Source: Mobula hypostoma (lineage: Eukaryota). From it: a DNA stretch of 64,000 nt. Positions 35,336-47,830 of the stretch are shown here, piece by piece (positions within the stretch are counted from its first letter, which is position 1; each line of letters begins with the position of its first letter). The DNA lies in assembly GCF_963921235.1 (NCBI RefSeq), contig NC_086097.1, forward strand, positions 224,380,001-224,444,000. The letters are read 5' to 3'. The notes beneath the pieces were generated by a model. The model was not told the origin of the DNA and searched no databases. It saw nothing but the letters and a program-made list of their open reading frames with translations. The position numbers were made by a program, and so were the translations under genes.

Positions 35336-36362
35336 AGATCTTTTGCTGCCACAAAACAACAAATTTCACAATTTCTGTCAGTGACAGTAAGCTTGATTCT
35401 GATTCTGACTCCACCATCTTTATCAAACCAAATATCACCTACTCTAGCCATGTGCTTCTTCCCTGTATCCCTTGACACCTGTCACTGTGCAGCAGGTGAG
35501 AGGTTGACTGTTTGAGTTCAGGGGCGAACACCTGCTCACGCGGCTGACAACTCGTTGCTCAGACTGGCTGTCACTTCAATCAGGGCCATAGCTCAAATGG
35601 ATCTTACACCACGCGAAGCTCCAGAGTCCCCTGACAATGGTTCAGATGTCTCCACAGGCCTGGCCACTTCCTGCAATGATGCACAGGAAGAGTACTCCAT
35701 TCAACGGTTTGCCAGGTGTTTTTCTCTTCAACTAGGACAATGAGCACATTCAGCCTGGCGAACAAGTGCTCACTGATGATGCAGATAATGGAGGAGATGC
35801 AGGAGAGTTCCAATCATTGCCTGCAGCAGGATTCCTTGGCAGGAGCTCACTGCACAGGATCTCGGAATAACTGCTCCATTAATATTCATACTTACATCTC
35901 TCCAAGTGCACCCACTCTCAAACAAACTGGATCTGCCCAAACACCAGTATTAATATTTATGTCAACTGACAGTGCATAAACAATCCCAATATGAAGAGAA
36001 CAATAAAAACATTATGATTGTATTAATTTGTATAAAGCATTAAATGTTTAACCGAAGAGAGACATGTCTATGAAGGTTCTCACTCATCCAGGTCATTGTA
36101 TATCAAGCTGTAGTAAATCAAGGCAACTGGACTTGTCATGTAGTCTGGAAGAGATTTCGCCACTCATTTGAGAGGCTTCTTCAGGTCTGATCCATTGTGG
36201 GCAGTTTTCCGGCTTATAAACTCTGTAAGTTGTTTAAAGGTATAGCAATCACGTGAAGATCATTAAGATTTATGGAGGTAATGAGAGGGTCATTAGTCTT
36301 ATCTTTACATGGATGGAGGTGCGAACTGTTGTGGAGACACCAGGGTAGAGATGTTAGGACTA

Positions 36363-37041
36363 CAGATATCCCGCCCTGCAAAAACTCATTTCAGGGAGGT
36401 AGCACCCCCGCCCCTCGCAACCCCATATCCCCATATCCCCATATCCCCATATCCCCATATCCCCATATCCCCATATCACCCCCCCCCGTCAACCTCCAAG
36501 GGTGTATGTAATACTTTGTTTAGTGATTTTGTCTAATCTGTAAACCAAGTTGGGTATATGCAGAAAATGTGACATTACAATATGTACACATATTATATTA
36601 TATTTTCATGTTTATTCTATTACAACTTTAAGCAAGTCTACAGGGAGTTTGGTGTCATCACGTAGGACATCAATAGAGTAGCTCCTAAGCAGCTAGCCAG
36701 CTAGTTTAAATAACATTCGCTAATGAATGAATGACACCTGTTAAACTCACCTCAACATGTCTTTTATATTTTAACCCACCATGGGCAATAGAAAAGTCAC
36801 TGTTGCAAACAGTGCAGCGAGCAACACTGTCATTATTTTTGAGGTCAACTGTAAAGCCCGCCCACAGAGAAAACTGATAGGTCTACTTAGCATGAAGAGA
36901 GACCAATCAGGATGCTTCCTCTCACTCTTCCCCTCAAAAAAAATATGATTTGCAGGATATTGTATATAATTTCCGGGCATTAGAGAGCTGCTATCAATAT
37001 GCGGGAGACTCCTGGAACTTCTGGCAGAGGTGGAATGTCTG
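36363..37041. mobile_element. Non-autonomous DNA transposon (MITE-like) with imperfect TIRs and a 6-bp TSD
   Basis: Left end CAGATATCCCGCCCTGC, right-end reverse complement CAGACATTCCACCTCTGC. GGACTA duplicated at 36357-36362 and 37042-37047. Confidence 0.7.
36421..36476. repeat. (CCCCATAT)7 tandem repeat
   Basis: Read directly from the sequence. Confidence 0.95.
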
Positions 37042-37749
37042 GGACTACATTGTAAATAGCTGATAGGTGGTGTAGTTTCCCATCCTGCGGTTCAGGAATG
37101 GGTTTTCCAATTTGACAAAGTTCTTTAACTCCTCTTTTAAGCCACCTGTCCTCCCTGACCAAAATGTGTCCATTGTTATCACCAAAAGAGTGTCCCTTCT
37201 TTAGGTGTAGAGATGTACAGCTGAGTCTTGACCTGAGGCGTTAGCCCTCCTGTGTTGGGCCATTCGTATGTGAAATGGTTATTTTGTCTCCCCAATATAC
37301 AGATCTGGGCAGTTCTCATTGAACAGAGGGGGTAGGGAACAACAACACCTATCAGCAATTTACAATACAGTCCTAACATCTCTTCCCCAGCATCTCTGCA
37401 AGAGTTCACACCTTTATTCATTCAAAGAAGACTAATGACCCTCTCATTACCTCTACGACTCTTAACGACCCTCATGTGATTGCTATACCTTTAAACAACT
37501 CACAGAGATTATAAACTAGAAAACTACCCACCATCAATCAGATCTGAAGAAGCCTTTTGGATGAGCAGTAAAACAGCTTTGAGACCACACAGTAAGTCTA
37601 GTTGCCTCGATTTACTACTGCTTGACCCAGGGAAGACCCTCCCAGTGTCTGTTTAACTCATTTAACTATTTGGTACAGAGCTACATACCTGGGATACATG
37701 GGTGACTCAGTTAAGGATTAGGAGATACTCATCCCTGTTCACCTGGGAT

Positions 37750-39870
37750 GATTACAGGAAAATTTCTAATTGGGGAAGGGCAAATTATGAGGCTGTAAAG
37801 CTAGAACTTGTGGGTGTGAATTGGGATGATGTTTTTGCAGGGAAATGTGCTATGGACATGTGGTCGATGTTTAGCGATCTCTTGCAGGATGTTAGGGATA
37901 AATTTGTCCTGGTGAGGAAGATAAAGAATGGTAGGGTGAAGGAACCATGGGTGACAAGTGAGGTGGAAAATCTAGTTAGGTGAAAGAAGGCAGCATACAT
38001 GAGGTTTAGGAAGCAAGGATCAGATGGGTCTATTGAGGAATACAGGGAAGTAAGAAAGGAGCATAAGGAGGGGCTGAGAGGAGCAAGAAGGGGGCATGAG
38101 AAGGCCTTGGTGAATAGGGTAAAGGAAAACCCCATGGCATTCTTTAATTATGTGAAGAAAAAAAGGATGACAGAAATGAAGGTAGGACTGATTAGAGATA
38201 AAGGTGGGAAGATGTGCCTGGAGGCTGTGGAAGTGAGCAAGGTCCTCACTGAATACTTCTCTTTGGTATTCACCAATGAGAGGGATCTTGATGGTGAGGA
38301 CAATATGAGTGAGGTTGATGTTCTGGAGCATGTTGATATTAAGGGAGAGGAGGTATTGGAGCTGCTAAAATACATTAGGATGGATAAGTCCCTGGGGCCT
38401 GATGGAATATTCCCTAGGCTGCTCCATGAGGTAAGGGAGGAGATTGCTGAACCTCTGGCTAGAATCCTTATGTCCCTGTTGTCCATGGGAATGGTACTGG
38501 GGGATTGGAGGGAGGCAAATGTTGTCCCCTTGTTCAAAAAAGGTAGTAGGGATAGTCTGGGTAATTATAGACCAGTGAGCCTTACATCTGTCATGGGAAA
38601 GCTGTTGGAAAAAATTCTTAGAGCTAGGATCTATGGGCATTTAGAGAATCATGGTCTGATCAGGGACAGTCAGCATGGCTTTGTGAAGGGCAGATCGTGT
38701 CTAACAAGCCTGATAGAGTTCTTTGAGGAGGTGTCCAGGCATATAGATGAAGGTAGTGCAGTGGATGTGATCTATATGGATTTTAGTAAGGCATTTGACA
38801 AGGTTCCACACAGTAGGCTTATTCAGAAAGTTAGAAGGCATGGATCCAGGGAAGTTTGGCCAGGTGGATTCAGAATTGGCTTGCCTACAGAAGGCAGAAG
38901 GCAGAGGGTGGTGGTGGTGGTGGAGGGAGTGCATTCAGATTGGAGGATTGTGACTAGTGGTGTCCCACAAGGATCTGTTCTGGGACCTCTACTTTTCATG
39001 ATTTTTATTAATGACCTGGATGTTGGGGTAGAAGGGTGGGTTGGCAAGTTTGCAGATGACACAAAGGGTGGTGTTGTAGATAGTGTAGAGGATTGTCAAA
39101 GATTGCAGAGAGACATTGATAGGATGCAGAAGTGGGCTGAGAAGTGGCAGATGGAGTTCAACCCGGAGAAGTGTGAGGTGGTACACTTTGGAAGGACAAA
39201 CTCCAAGGCAGAGTACAGAGTAAATGGCAGGATACTTGGTAGTGTGGAGGAGCAGAGGGATCTCGGGGTACATGTCCACAGATCCCTGAAAGTTGCCTCA
39301 CAGGTGGATAGGGTAGTTAAGAAAGCTTATGGGGTGTTAGTTTTCATAAGTCGAGGGATAGAGTTTAAGAGTTGTGATGTACTGATGCAGCTCTATAAAA
39401 CTCTGGTTAGGCCACACTTGGAGTACTGTGTCCAGTTCTGGTCACCTCACTATAGGAAGGATGTGGAAGCATTGGAAAGGGTACAGAGGAGATTTACCAG
39501 GATGCTGCCTGGTTTAGAGAGTATGCATTATGATCAGAGATGAAGGGAGCTAGGGCTTTACTCTTTGGAGAGAAGGAGGATGAGAGGAGACATGATAGAG
39601 GTGTACAAGATAATAAGAGGAATAGATAGTGGATAGCCAGCGTCTCTTCCCCAGGGCACCACTGCTCAATACAAGAGGACATGGCTTTAAGGTAAGGGGT
39701 GGGAAGTTCAAGGGGGATATTAGAGGAAGGTTTTTTTTACTTGGAGAGTGGTTGGTGTGTGGAATGCACTGCCTGAGTCAGTGGTGGAGGCTTGTATGGG
39801 AGGCAGGGTTTGAGGGCTGGCACAACAATGTGGGCCAAAGGGCCTGTACTGTGCTGTACTATTCTATGTT
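37750..39870 (+). mobile_element. 5'-truncated CR1 LINE ORF2 plus 3' UTR
   Basis: ORF 37999-39543 NYRPVSLTS, SQHGFVKGRSCL, GVPQGSVLGP and KFADDTK, with a compensated frameshift near 38845-38900. Confidence 0.95.
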
Positions 39871-40084
39871 TAGAAGCTCGGGCTTGAAGCACCCAGCAGC
39901 AACTTTTTTTTTTTTTTGAATTGTCCATTACGCCAGTAGTGTTTAGGGCAGCAATGAAGGTCCTCCATCTCTGGTGGTGTTCTGAGCTTTGGTTCTAACT
40001 GAAACTGTCAGAATTTTCTTAAGTCCACAATCTCACATTGTACCAATCCACATTGCCATAGTCATTGATGCAGAACATATTTTT

Positions 40085-40280
40085 AACATGAGAGATTTTG
40101 TAGATGCTGGAAATTTTGAGCAACACAAAGTGCTGGAGGAACTTGGCAAGTTAGACTGCATCTATGGAGAGGAATAAGTAGTTAGTGGACTGGGTGGAGG
40201 CTCTTCATCAGAACTGTTTATTCCCCTCCATAGATACTGCCTGACTTGCTGAGTTGCTCCAGCATTTGATCTGTGTTGCT
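40085..40280. mobile_element. Miniature palindromic PLE pLTR remnant
   Basis: AGCAACACA..GCTGGAGGAACTTGGCAAGTTAG..TCTATGGAGAGGAATAA is mirrored at about 40218-40280. Confidence 0.7.
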
Positions 40281-41039
40281 TAATATATTTTAAGATATTT
40301 TTACATTAAGAGGTAAGACCATAGATATACTAAGAATATCACTGATGGCAGTTATTTAAACAAAATACTAATGATTAGGAATACAGTGATTTTCCCCCTT
40401 CATTACTTGAGTGCCAAAGGGATTCTATCAAAAAATTTTAGACTGCAGACTGAGTAGCAAGCAGGAGACATCAAATCTAGAGCTTAGAAGGAGTGCTCAA
40501 GGGAGAAATGACACAATGGCGACTGTAGCTCAATGCTCTCTTCTGCTGATCCACATGGTACTGAATTTTATGTCCCATCTTAAGTGCACAATGTAACCTG
40601 ACATTTAAGTGCAGTAGAGTGGAAACTGTGGAGATGTCATTTGTTTTCAATTTAAGTGTTAAATTAAGGACTTGCTTGCTTATCCTTTGAAAGGGAAAAT
40701 AGATGTTCATGTTGGAGAGTGGGGAACTTCTCCTAGTGTTCTGGTCAACATTGTTTTTTCACCACTTATTTCCTTTTTGCTGATAGGACATTTTGTGTTG
40801 GCCACCTAACCTATTTACCTACAAACCAATAACCATGTTTCATTACTCCTAAGGAGCTTTCCCCTGGGATCAATAAAGCATAACTATGAACTATTTATGA
40901 CTTCCTTAAAAAGCAAATAACATTCTTAACTGCATATTCTTACTTTGCTAGTATTAATAGAGAAAGACAAGCAAAGTCCCAAGAGTGATTTGTGGCTGAA
41001 TTTAACAAAATCAATTAACTAAACCTCATCGTGATACAG

Positions 41040-41310
41040 GATGGGTGCAGGCTTTTTGCTCCACCAAGCTGACTGTCAACAACTAATTTAGACCAATCCT
41101 GTATTATTCTCATGCATTCCTTCTCACAGTCCTATCAACTGCCCATAAGTTCTATCCCTCACCTAAACAGTAGGGGCAATTTAGAGTGGACAATTAGCCT
41201 GCCAACCTGCACTGTTTTGGGATATGTAAGGAAGCACTGTGTGGTCACAGACAGCACTAATGGTTAGGTTTGAACCCAGCTTCAGGACTACAGTGCTGTT
41301 GCTGCATAGT
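41040..41310 (-). mobile_element. Degenerate SINE
   Basis: TAGGGGCAATTTAGAGTGG..TTTTGGGATATG..GAACCCAG (B-box on the minus strand). Confidence 0.55.
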
Positions 41311-41874
41311 CTCTCTTCAAAACATCTGACCTATTTACCTACAAATCAATAATGACCACATTTCATTACTCCTGAGGTGCTTTGTGACTTCATCAGAGTG
41401 CATAATATATTCTTCAATGCATGTTTCTACTTTGCTAGTATTAATGGAGAAAGACAAGCAAAGTCCCAAGAGATTTCTTGCTGAACTATACCAACTTCAT
41501 TGTTATGGTCTCTCCAATAACACTGATTATTATTGAGCTTATTTGTCATATACACTAGGAAAGCACTGGATTTTTTTTTAACATTGATATATTTGCCATA
41601 TGTGGGGGAAGGAGGTGGTGGGGGTTGGGGGAAACAGCTGTTCAAGGTGGATTGAGGAAAACCACACCTCTAATTGTATGTACAAGCCAAATAATTGTAC
41701 CTTGAGGAATGTTATACTGTTTATAGAATAATTGCATCTATCAAAGATGCCTGTGCACTCTTCCCTCACCTGATTAGAGGATGCACTTATCTCACTGGAG
41801 ATTAGTTTTGCATGTTGTCCTAGTTTGTACATTATCTGGAGAATTTTAGAAATTAAGAGAAAAATGAGGGGTGA

Positions 41875-43690
41875 ATAAGACAATAAGAGGAGCAGAATTA
41901 GGCCATTCAGCCCATCAAGTCAGCTCCAGCATTCCATCATGGCTGATTTATTATCCTTCTCAACTCTATTCTCCTGTAACCTTTGACACCCTGACTAATC
42001 AAGAAGCTAAATATACTCAATGACTTGGTCTGCACAGCCATCTATGGCAATACTTCCACAAATTCACTGCCCTATAGCTACAGAAATTCCTCCTCATCTG
42101 TTCTAATTGTACATCCCTCTAACCTGAGGCTGCACCCTCTGCTCCTAGATGCATCCACTATAGGAAGCATCCCCTCCACATCCACTCTATCAAGGCCTTT
42201 CAATACTTGATAGGTTTCAATGAGGACCCCCTCATTCTTTTAAACTCCAGCAAGTACATCCCCAGAGCCATCGAACAGTTCTCATATATTAACTTTTTCG
42301 TTCCCAGACGCATACTCATGAACATCCTTAGGAGATTCCCCAAAGCCAACACATCTTTTAGATAAAGGGCACAAAACTGCTCTCAATACTCTAAGTGTGT
42401 TCTAAGCAGTGTATTATAAAGCTCCAACATTACATCCTTGCTCTTGTATTCTTGTCCTCTTGAAATGAATGCTAACATTGCATTTACCTTCCTTATCACT
42501 GATTCAACTTGCATGTTAACCTTGAGGGAATCTTATATGAGGACTCCCAAGTCTTTTTGTACCTCTGGATTTTTTTTTTTTTAAACATTTCCCCATTTAG
42601 GGAAAAAAAAAGTCGACCCTTTTTTTCTTCTACAAAAGTGCATGACCATACGCTTCCCTACACGATATTCCATTTGCCACTTTGCCCATTCCCTCTATCT
42701 AGACACACACTGCTTCCTCAACATTACCTGCCCTAACTTCATATCATCTGCAAACACAACCAGAAAGCCATCCATACCATTGACATATAATGTGAAAAAT
42801 AGTCTCAACACAGACCCCTGCAGAATATCACCAGTCACCAGAAGCCAAATAGAAAAGGACCCCTTTATTCTCACTCTTTGCCTCCTGCCATTCAGACAGT
42901 CTTCTATCCATGCTTGTATCCTTCCTGTAATAACATGGGTTCTTGACTTGGTAAGCACCTTGACAAAGGCCTTCTGAAAATCCAAGTAAGGAACATCCAC
43001 TGACTCTTCTTTGCCTGTCCTCAAATTTCCTCAAAGAATTTCAACAGATTTGTCAGGCAAGATTTCCTCTTAAGGAAAGCATGCTGACTTTGGCCTATTT
43101 TATTACGTCTCCAGGTGCCCCAAAACCTCATCCTAAATAATGGACTTCTACACCTTCCCAACTACTGAAGTCAGGTTAACTGGTCTATAATATCTTTTTT
43201 GCCTCCCACCCTTCTTAAAGAGCAGAGTTACATTTGCAATTTTCCAGTCATTTGGAGCCTTCCTAGAATATAGTGATTCTTGAAAGTTCGATACCAATGC
43301 CTCCACAATCTCTTCAACTACTTCTTTCCGAACGTTGGGGTATAGTCGGTTTGGTCTAGGTGACTTCAGACCTTTCATCTTTCTAAGCACTTCCTCCTTA
43401 GTAATAGCAACTACACTCACTTCTGCCCCCTGAGACTCTTGAATTTCTGCCACACTGCTAGTGTCTTGTACAGTGAAGACTAATGCAATCTGCATATTAA
43501 GTTTGCCTGCCATTTTGTTTGCCTCTGTTGCTACCTCTCCAGCATCACCTTCCAGTGTTCTGATTTACACTCTCACCTCTTTTATTATAAGCTAGCTTAC
43601 CTTCATAACTCATCTTTTCTATCCTTATGGGTTTTTAGTAGCCTTCTGTTGGTTTTTAAAAGCTTTGCAATCTTCTGACTTCCCACAAAT
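41875..43690 (-). mobile_element. Degenerate CR1 LINE
   Basis: YYRPVNLTSVVGK, YLDFQKAF and VFADDMKL. 3' terminal motif at about 41890. Confidence 0.88.
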
Positions 43691-43704
43691 TTTTACTACA
43701 TTGT

Positions 43705-46700
43705 GTCAGTGAGGGTAAAAACAGGATGATTTGCCAAATAGATGCACGGCTGAGAAGCCGGTGCAGGCCGCAGGGCTTCAGGTTCTTGGGTCATTGGGAT
43801 CTCTTCTGGGGGAGGTATGAACAGTTCAAAAGTGACGGGTTGCACCTGAACCCCAGGGGAACCAATATTCTCGTGAGCAGGTTTGTTAGAGTTTTTGGGG
43901 AGTGTTTAAACTAACTTGGCAGGGGAGTGGGAACCGGAGTGAAGGGACTCCGGACAGGATGGATGATAAAAAAGCAAAGATAGCATGCAGTCAGACTGTC
44001 AGGAAGGGCAGGCAGATGCTTGGAGTCAGCAGGATGAGTATCAGTGCATTAAGGTTGCAGACTCAAAGGATAGCAAATACAGCACTCAGTGTTATATCAC
44101 AATGCATGGAGAATAAGAAATAAGGTGGATGATCTTGTTGCACTTTTACAGATTGTCAGGTATGATGTTTTGGCCATCACTGAATTGTGGCTGAAGGATG
44201 GTTGTAGTTGGGAGCTGAATGTCCAAGGTTACACATTATATCGGAGGGATAGGAAGGTCGGCAGAGGGGGTGGTGTGGCTCTACTGGTAAAGAATGGCAT
44301 CAAATCAGTAGAAAGATGTGACATGGGATCAGAAGATGTTGAATCCTTGTGGGTTGAGTTAAACTGCAAGGGTAAAAGGACCCTGACGGCAGTTGTGTAC
44401 AGGTCTCCCAGCAGTAGCTGGGATGTGGACCACAGATTTCAACAGGAAATAGAAAAGTTGTGTCGAAAGGACAATGTTATGATAGCCATGGGAGATTTCA
44501 ACATGGAGGTCGATTGCAAAAATTAGGTTGGAAATGGATCTCGAGAGTGAGTTTGCTCAATGTCTATGAGATGGCTTTTTAGAGCAGTTTCATTGAGCCT
44601 ACAAGGGGATCAGTTCAACTGAGTTGGGTGTTACTTAATGAACCAGAGGTGATTAGGGAGCTTAAGGTAAAAGAACTCTGAGGAGACAGTGATTACAATA
44701 TGATTTTGAAATTTGATAGGGAGAAAGTAGTCTGATATTGCTGTATTTCAGTGGAGTAAAGGAAATTAGTGGTATGAGAGCAGATTTGGCCAAAGTAAAT
44801 TGGAAAGAAATGCTGGCAGTGAAGACAGCAGGGCAGCAATGGCTTGAGTGTGTAGGAAAAATGAGAAAGGTGCAGGGCAGATGTATTCCAAAAACAAATA
44901 CGCAAATGGAAAATTTGTACAACCGTGGCTGACATTGGAAGACCAAGCTATTGTAAAAGCAAAAGAAAGGGCATATAAAATAAATCAAAAAAATTAGTGA
45001 AAAGACAGAGGATTGGGAAGCTTTTTAAAACCCTACAGAGAGCAACTAAAGAATCATTAGGAAGGAAGAGATGAAATATGAAAGCAAGCTAGCAAACAAT
45101 ATTAAAGTGGATAGTAAAAATTTATTGAAGTGTGTGTGTATATATAATAAAAAAATATAAATGGAGATTAAAGTGGATTTAGGACCACTAGAAAATGAGG
45201 CTGGAGAAATATTAACAGGGCCAAGGAGATGGCTGATTACCTAAACGAATATTTTGCATCAGTCTTCACTGAAAGACACTAGCAGTGAGACAGGTGTTGA
45301 AGGGTGTGCTGGAAGAGAAGTGAGTGCAGTTACTATTACAAGAGAGAAGGTGGTCAGAAAGCTGAAAGACTTAAGAGTATATATGCCACTCAGATCAGCT
45401 AAACTGCACCCCAGGATTCTGAAAAAGGTAGTAGTAGAGATTGTGGAGGCATTAGGAATGATCTTTCAAAAAATCGATGGACTCTGACATGGTGCCAGAG
45501 GACCGGAAAATTGCAAATGTCACTTCACTCTTGAAGAGTAAGGTAGCAGAAAGGAAATTATAGGTCAGTTAGCCTGACTTCAGTGGTTGGGAAGATGTTA
45601 GTCAATTGTTAAGGATGAGGTAATGGAGTACTTGATGCAGGTCAAGATGGGGCAAAGTCGGGGGAAAATCTTGCCTGATAAACCTGTTGGAATTCTTTGA
45701 GGAGATTACATGTAGGGGATGTAGTATATTTGGACTTTCAGAAGGCTTTCAACAAGGTCACACATGAGGCTGCTTATCACGTTAAGAGCCCATGGCATTG
45801 CAGGAAATTTACTGGCATAGTTAGAGCATTAGCTGATTGGTAGGAGGAGGTGACTGGGAATAAAAGGATCCTTTTCTGTTTGGATACAGTGACTAGTGGT
45901 ACTTTGTAGGGGTTGGTGTCGGGACCATTTCTTTTTATGCTGTATATCATTGATTTAGATGATGGAATAGATGGTTTTGTTGCCAAGTTTGCAGATGATA
46001 TGAAGATTGGTGGAGGGCAGATAATGTTGAGGAAACAGGTAGGCTACAGAAGGATTTAGACAGATTAAGAGAATGGGCAAGAGTGGCAAATGAAAGTGTT
46101 GGAAAATGTATGGTTATGCACTTTGGTAGTAGAAATAAATGTGCAGACTATTTTCTAAATGGGGAGAAAATCCAAAAATCTCAGATGCAAAGGGAATTGG
46201 GAGTCCTTGTGCAGAAAACCCTAAAGGTTAACTTGCAGGTAGAGTCAGTGGTGAAGAAGGCAAATGCAACGTTAGCATTCATTTCAAGAGGTCTAGAATA
46301 CAAGAGCAGGGATGTGATGTTGAGTCCTTATAAGGCACTGGTGAGGCCTCACCTTGAGTATTGTGAACAGTTTTGGGCCCCTCAGCTAAGAAAAGGTGAG
46401 GTGGCATTGGAGAGGGTTCAGAGGAGGTTCTCAAGGATGATTCTGGGAATGAAAGGGTTATCAAATGAGAAACATTTGATAGCTCTGGGTCTGTAATCAC
46501 TGGAATTTAGAAGGATGATGGGGAATCTCATTGAAAACTTTCAAATGTTGAAAGACTGAGACAGTAGAAAGGATGTTTTCCATGGTGGGGGAGCCTTGGA
46601 CAAGAGGGAACAGCCTCAGGATAGATGGGTGTCTATTGAAAACAAATTACTTTAGTCTGAAGGAGGAGAATTTGTGGAATTCATTACCACAGGCAGCTGT

Positions 46701-46885
46701 GGAGGGCAGGTCACGATGTATATAAGGCAGAGATTGATAGGTTCTTGATTGGACATGGCATCAAAGGTCAGAGAAAAGGCCAAGGAGTGTAGCTGAGGAG
46801 GGGGAAAAAAGGATCAGCCAGGATTGAATGGCAGAGCAGCCTCAATGGGCCAAATGGCCTAATTCTGCTCCTATGTCTTATGGCC
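43705..46885 (+). mobile_element. Long degenerate CR1 LINE: end of the ORF1 esterase, APE endonuclease, RT and 3' UTR
   Basis: GFRFLGHWDLFWGR..DGLHLN (ORF1); NAWRIRNK, AITELWL, GGGVAL, MGDFN (APE); KFADD and VRPHLEYC (RT). Confidence 0.9.
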
Positions 46886-47830
46886 TTTTGGTTTTTATGC
46901 TGTCTTTTACATACCTTGTCTGTCAGTTTTCTCATCCTCCCTTTAGAACATTTCTTCTTCTTTGGGGTGTATCTATCCTGCATTTTCTGAATTGCTTCCA
47001 GAAACTCCAGTCAATACTATACTGCCTTCCTATCAGCTTTGGCCAGCTTCTCCCTCTGGCCTCTGTAATTGCGTTTACTCCACTGTAATACTGATACATC
47101 TGACTATTTTCTCTCTCTCAAACTGCAAGGTGAATTCTGTTATTTTATGGTTGCTGTTCCTGCAGGATTCCTTTACCTTAAGCTCCCTAATCAAATCTGG
47201 ATTATTACAAAATACTTAATCCAGAGTTGTTTTTTTTTCCCCTGGTGGCCTCAAGCACAAGCTGCTCTAAAAAGCCATCTTGTAGGCATTCTGCAAATTC
47301 CCCCTCTTGGGATCCAGCACCAACCTACTAATCTACCGGCATTTTGAAATTCCCCACGATCATTGTAACATTGTCCTTGTGCCCTTTCTATCTCATTGTA
47401 ATTTGTATCCCACATCCTGGCCACAGTTCAGAGACCCTTGCATTTAACTGTACCCACAAGGATTCTACATCTTCTGATCCCATGTCACCTCTTTCTAAGA
47501 ATTTGATTTCATTTTTTTTTTACCAACAGAGCCACACCACCTTCTGCCTGCCTGTCTGTTCTTTTGATACAATGTGCACTCTTGAATGTTAAGCTCCAAA
47601 CTGATTTTCTTTCAGCCAAGACATAGTGATGTCCACAACATTGTACCTGCCAATCTTCTACCTTATTCCATATATATTGTATCCATTCACATATAATGTC
47701 TTCAGCCCTGTTTTCAGCACACTTTCCGATTTTGCCTCGATGTTCCACTTCAACTCATCTCACTGACTTCAATTTTGCCCCACCATATGCCTGCCTTTCC
47801 TTACAGTCTCGCTACACACTCCATATACTT
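46886..47830 (-). mobile_element. CR1 endonuclease-region fragment
   Basis: RTDRQAEGGVALLVK and similarity to 44100-44950. Confidence 0.7.

Larger units (their letters stand above)
36072..37626. mobile_element. Poseidon/Penelope-type PLE (third family) with an inverted 3' duplication, interrupted by a DNA transposon
   Basis: Minus strand DLYIGETK..RMAQHRRANASGQDSAVHL..REDRWLKRGVKE..HLSAIYN (37320-37042). A plus-strand copy of the 3' end at about 37320-37626 is the inverse of 36105-36362 plus 37042-37090. Confidence 0.85.

Noticed and set aside
36421..36476. Possible CRISPR-like or telomeric array
   Set aside because: It is a simple 8-bp tandem repeat with no spacers, and it is not TTAGGG.
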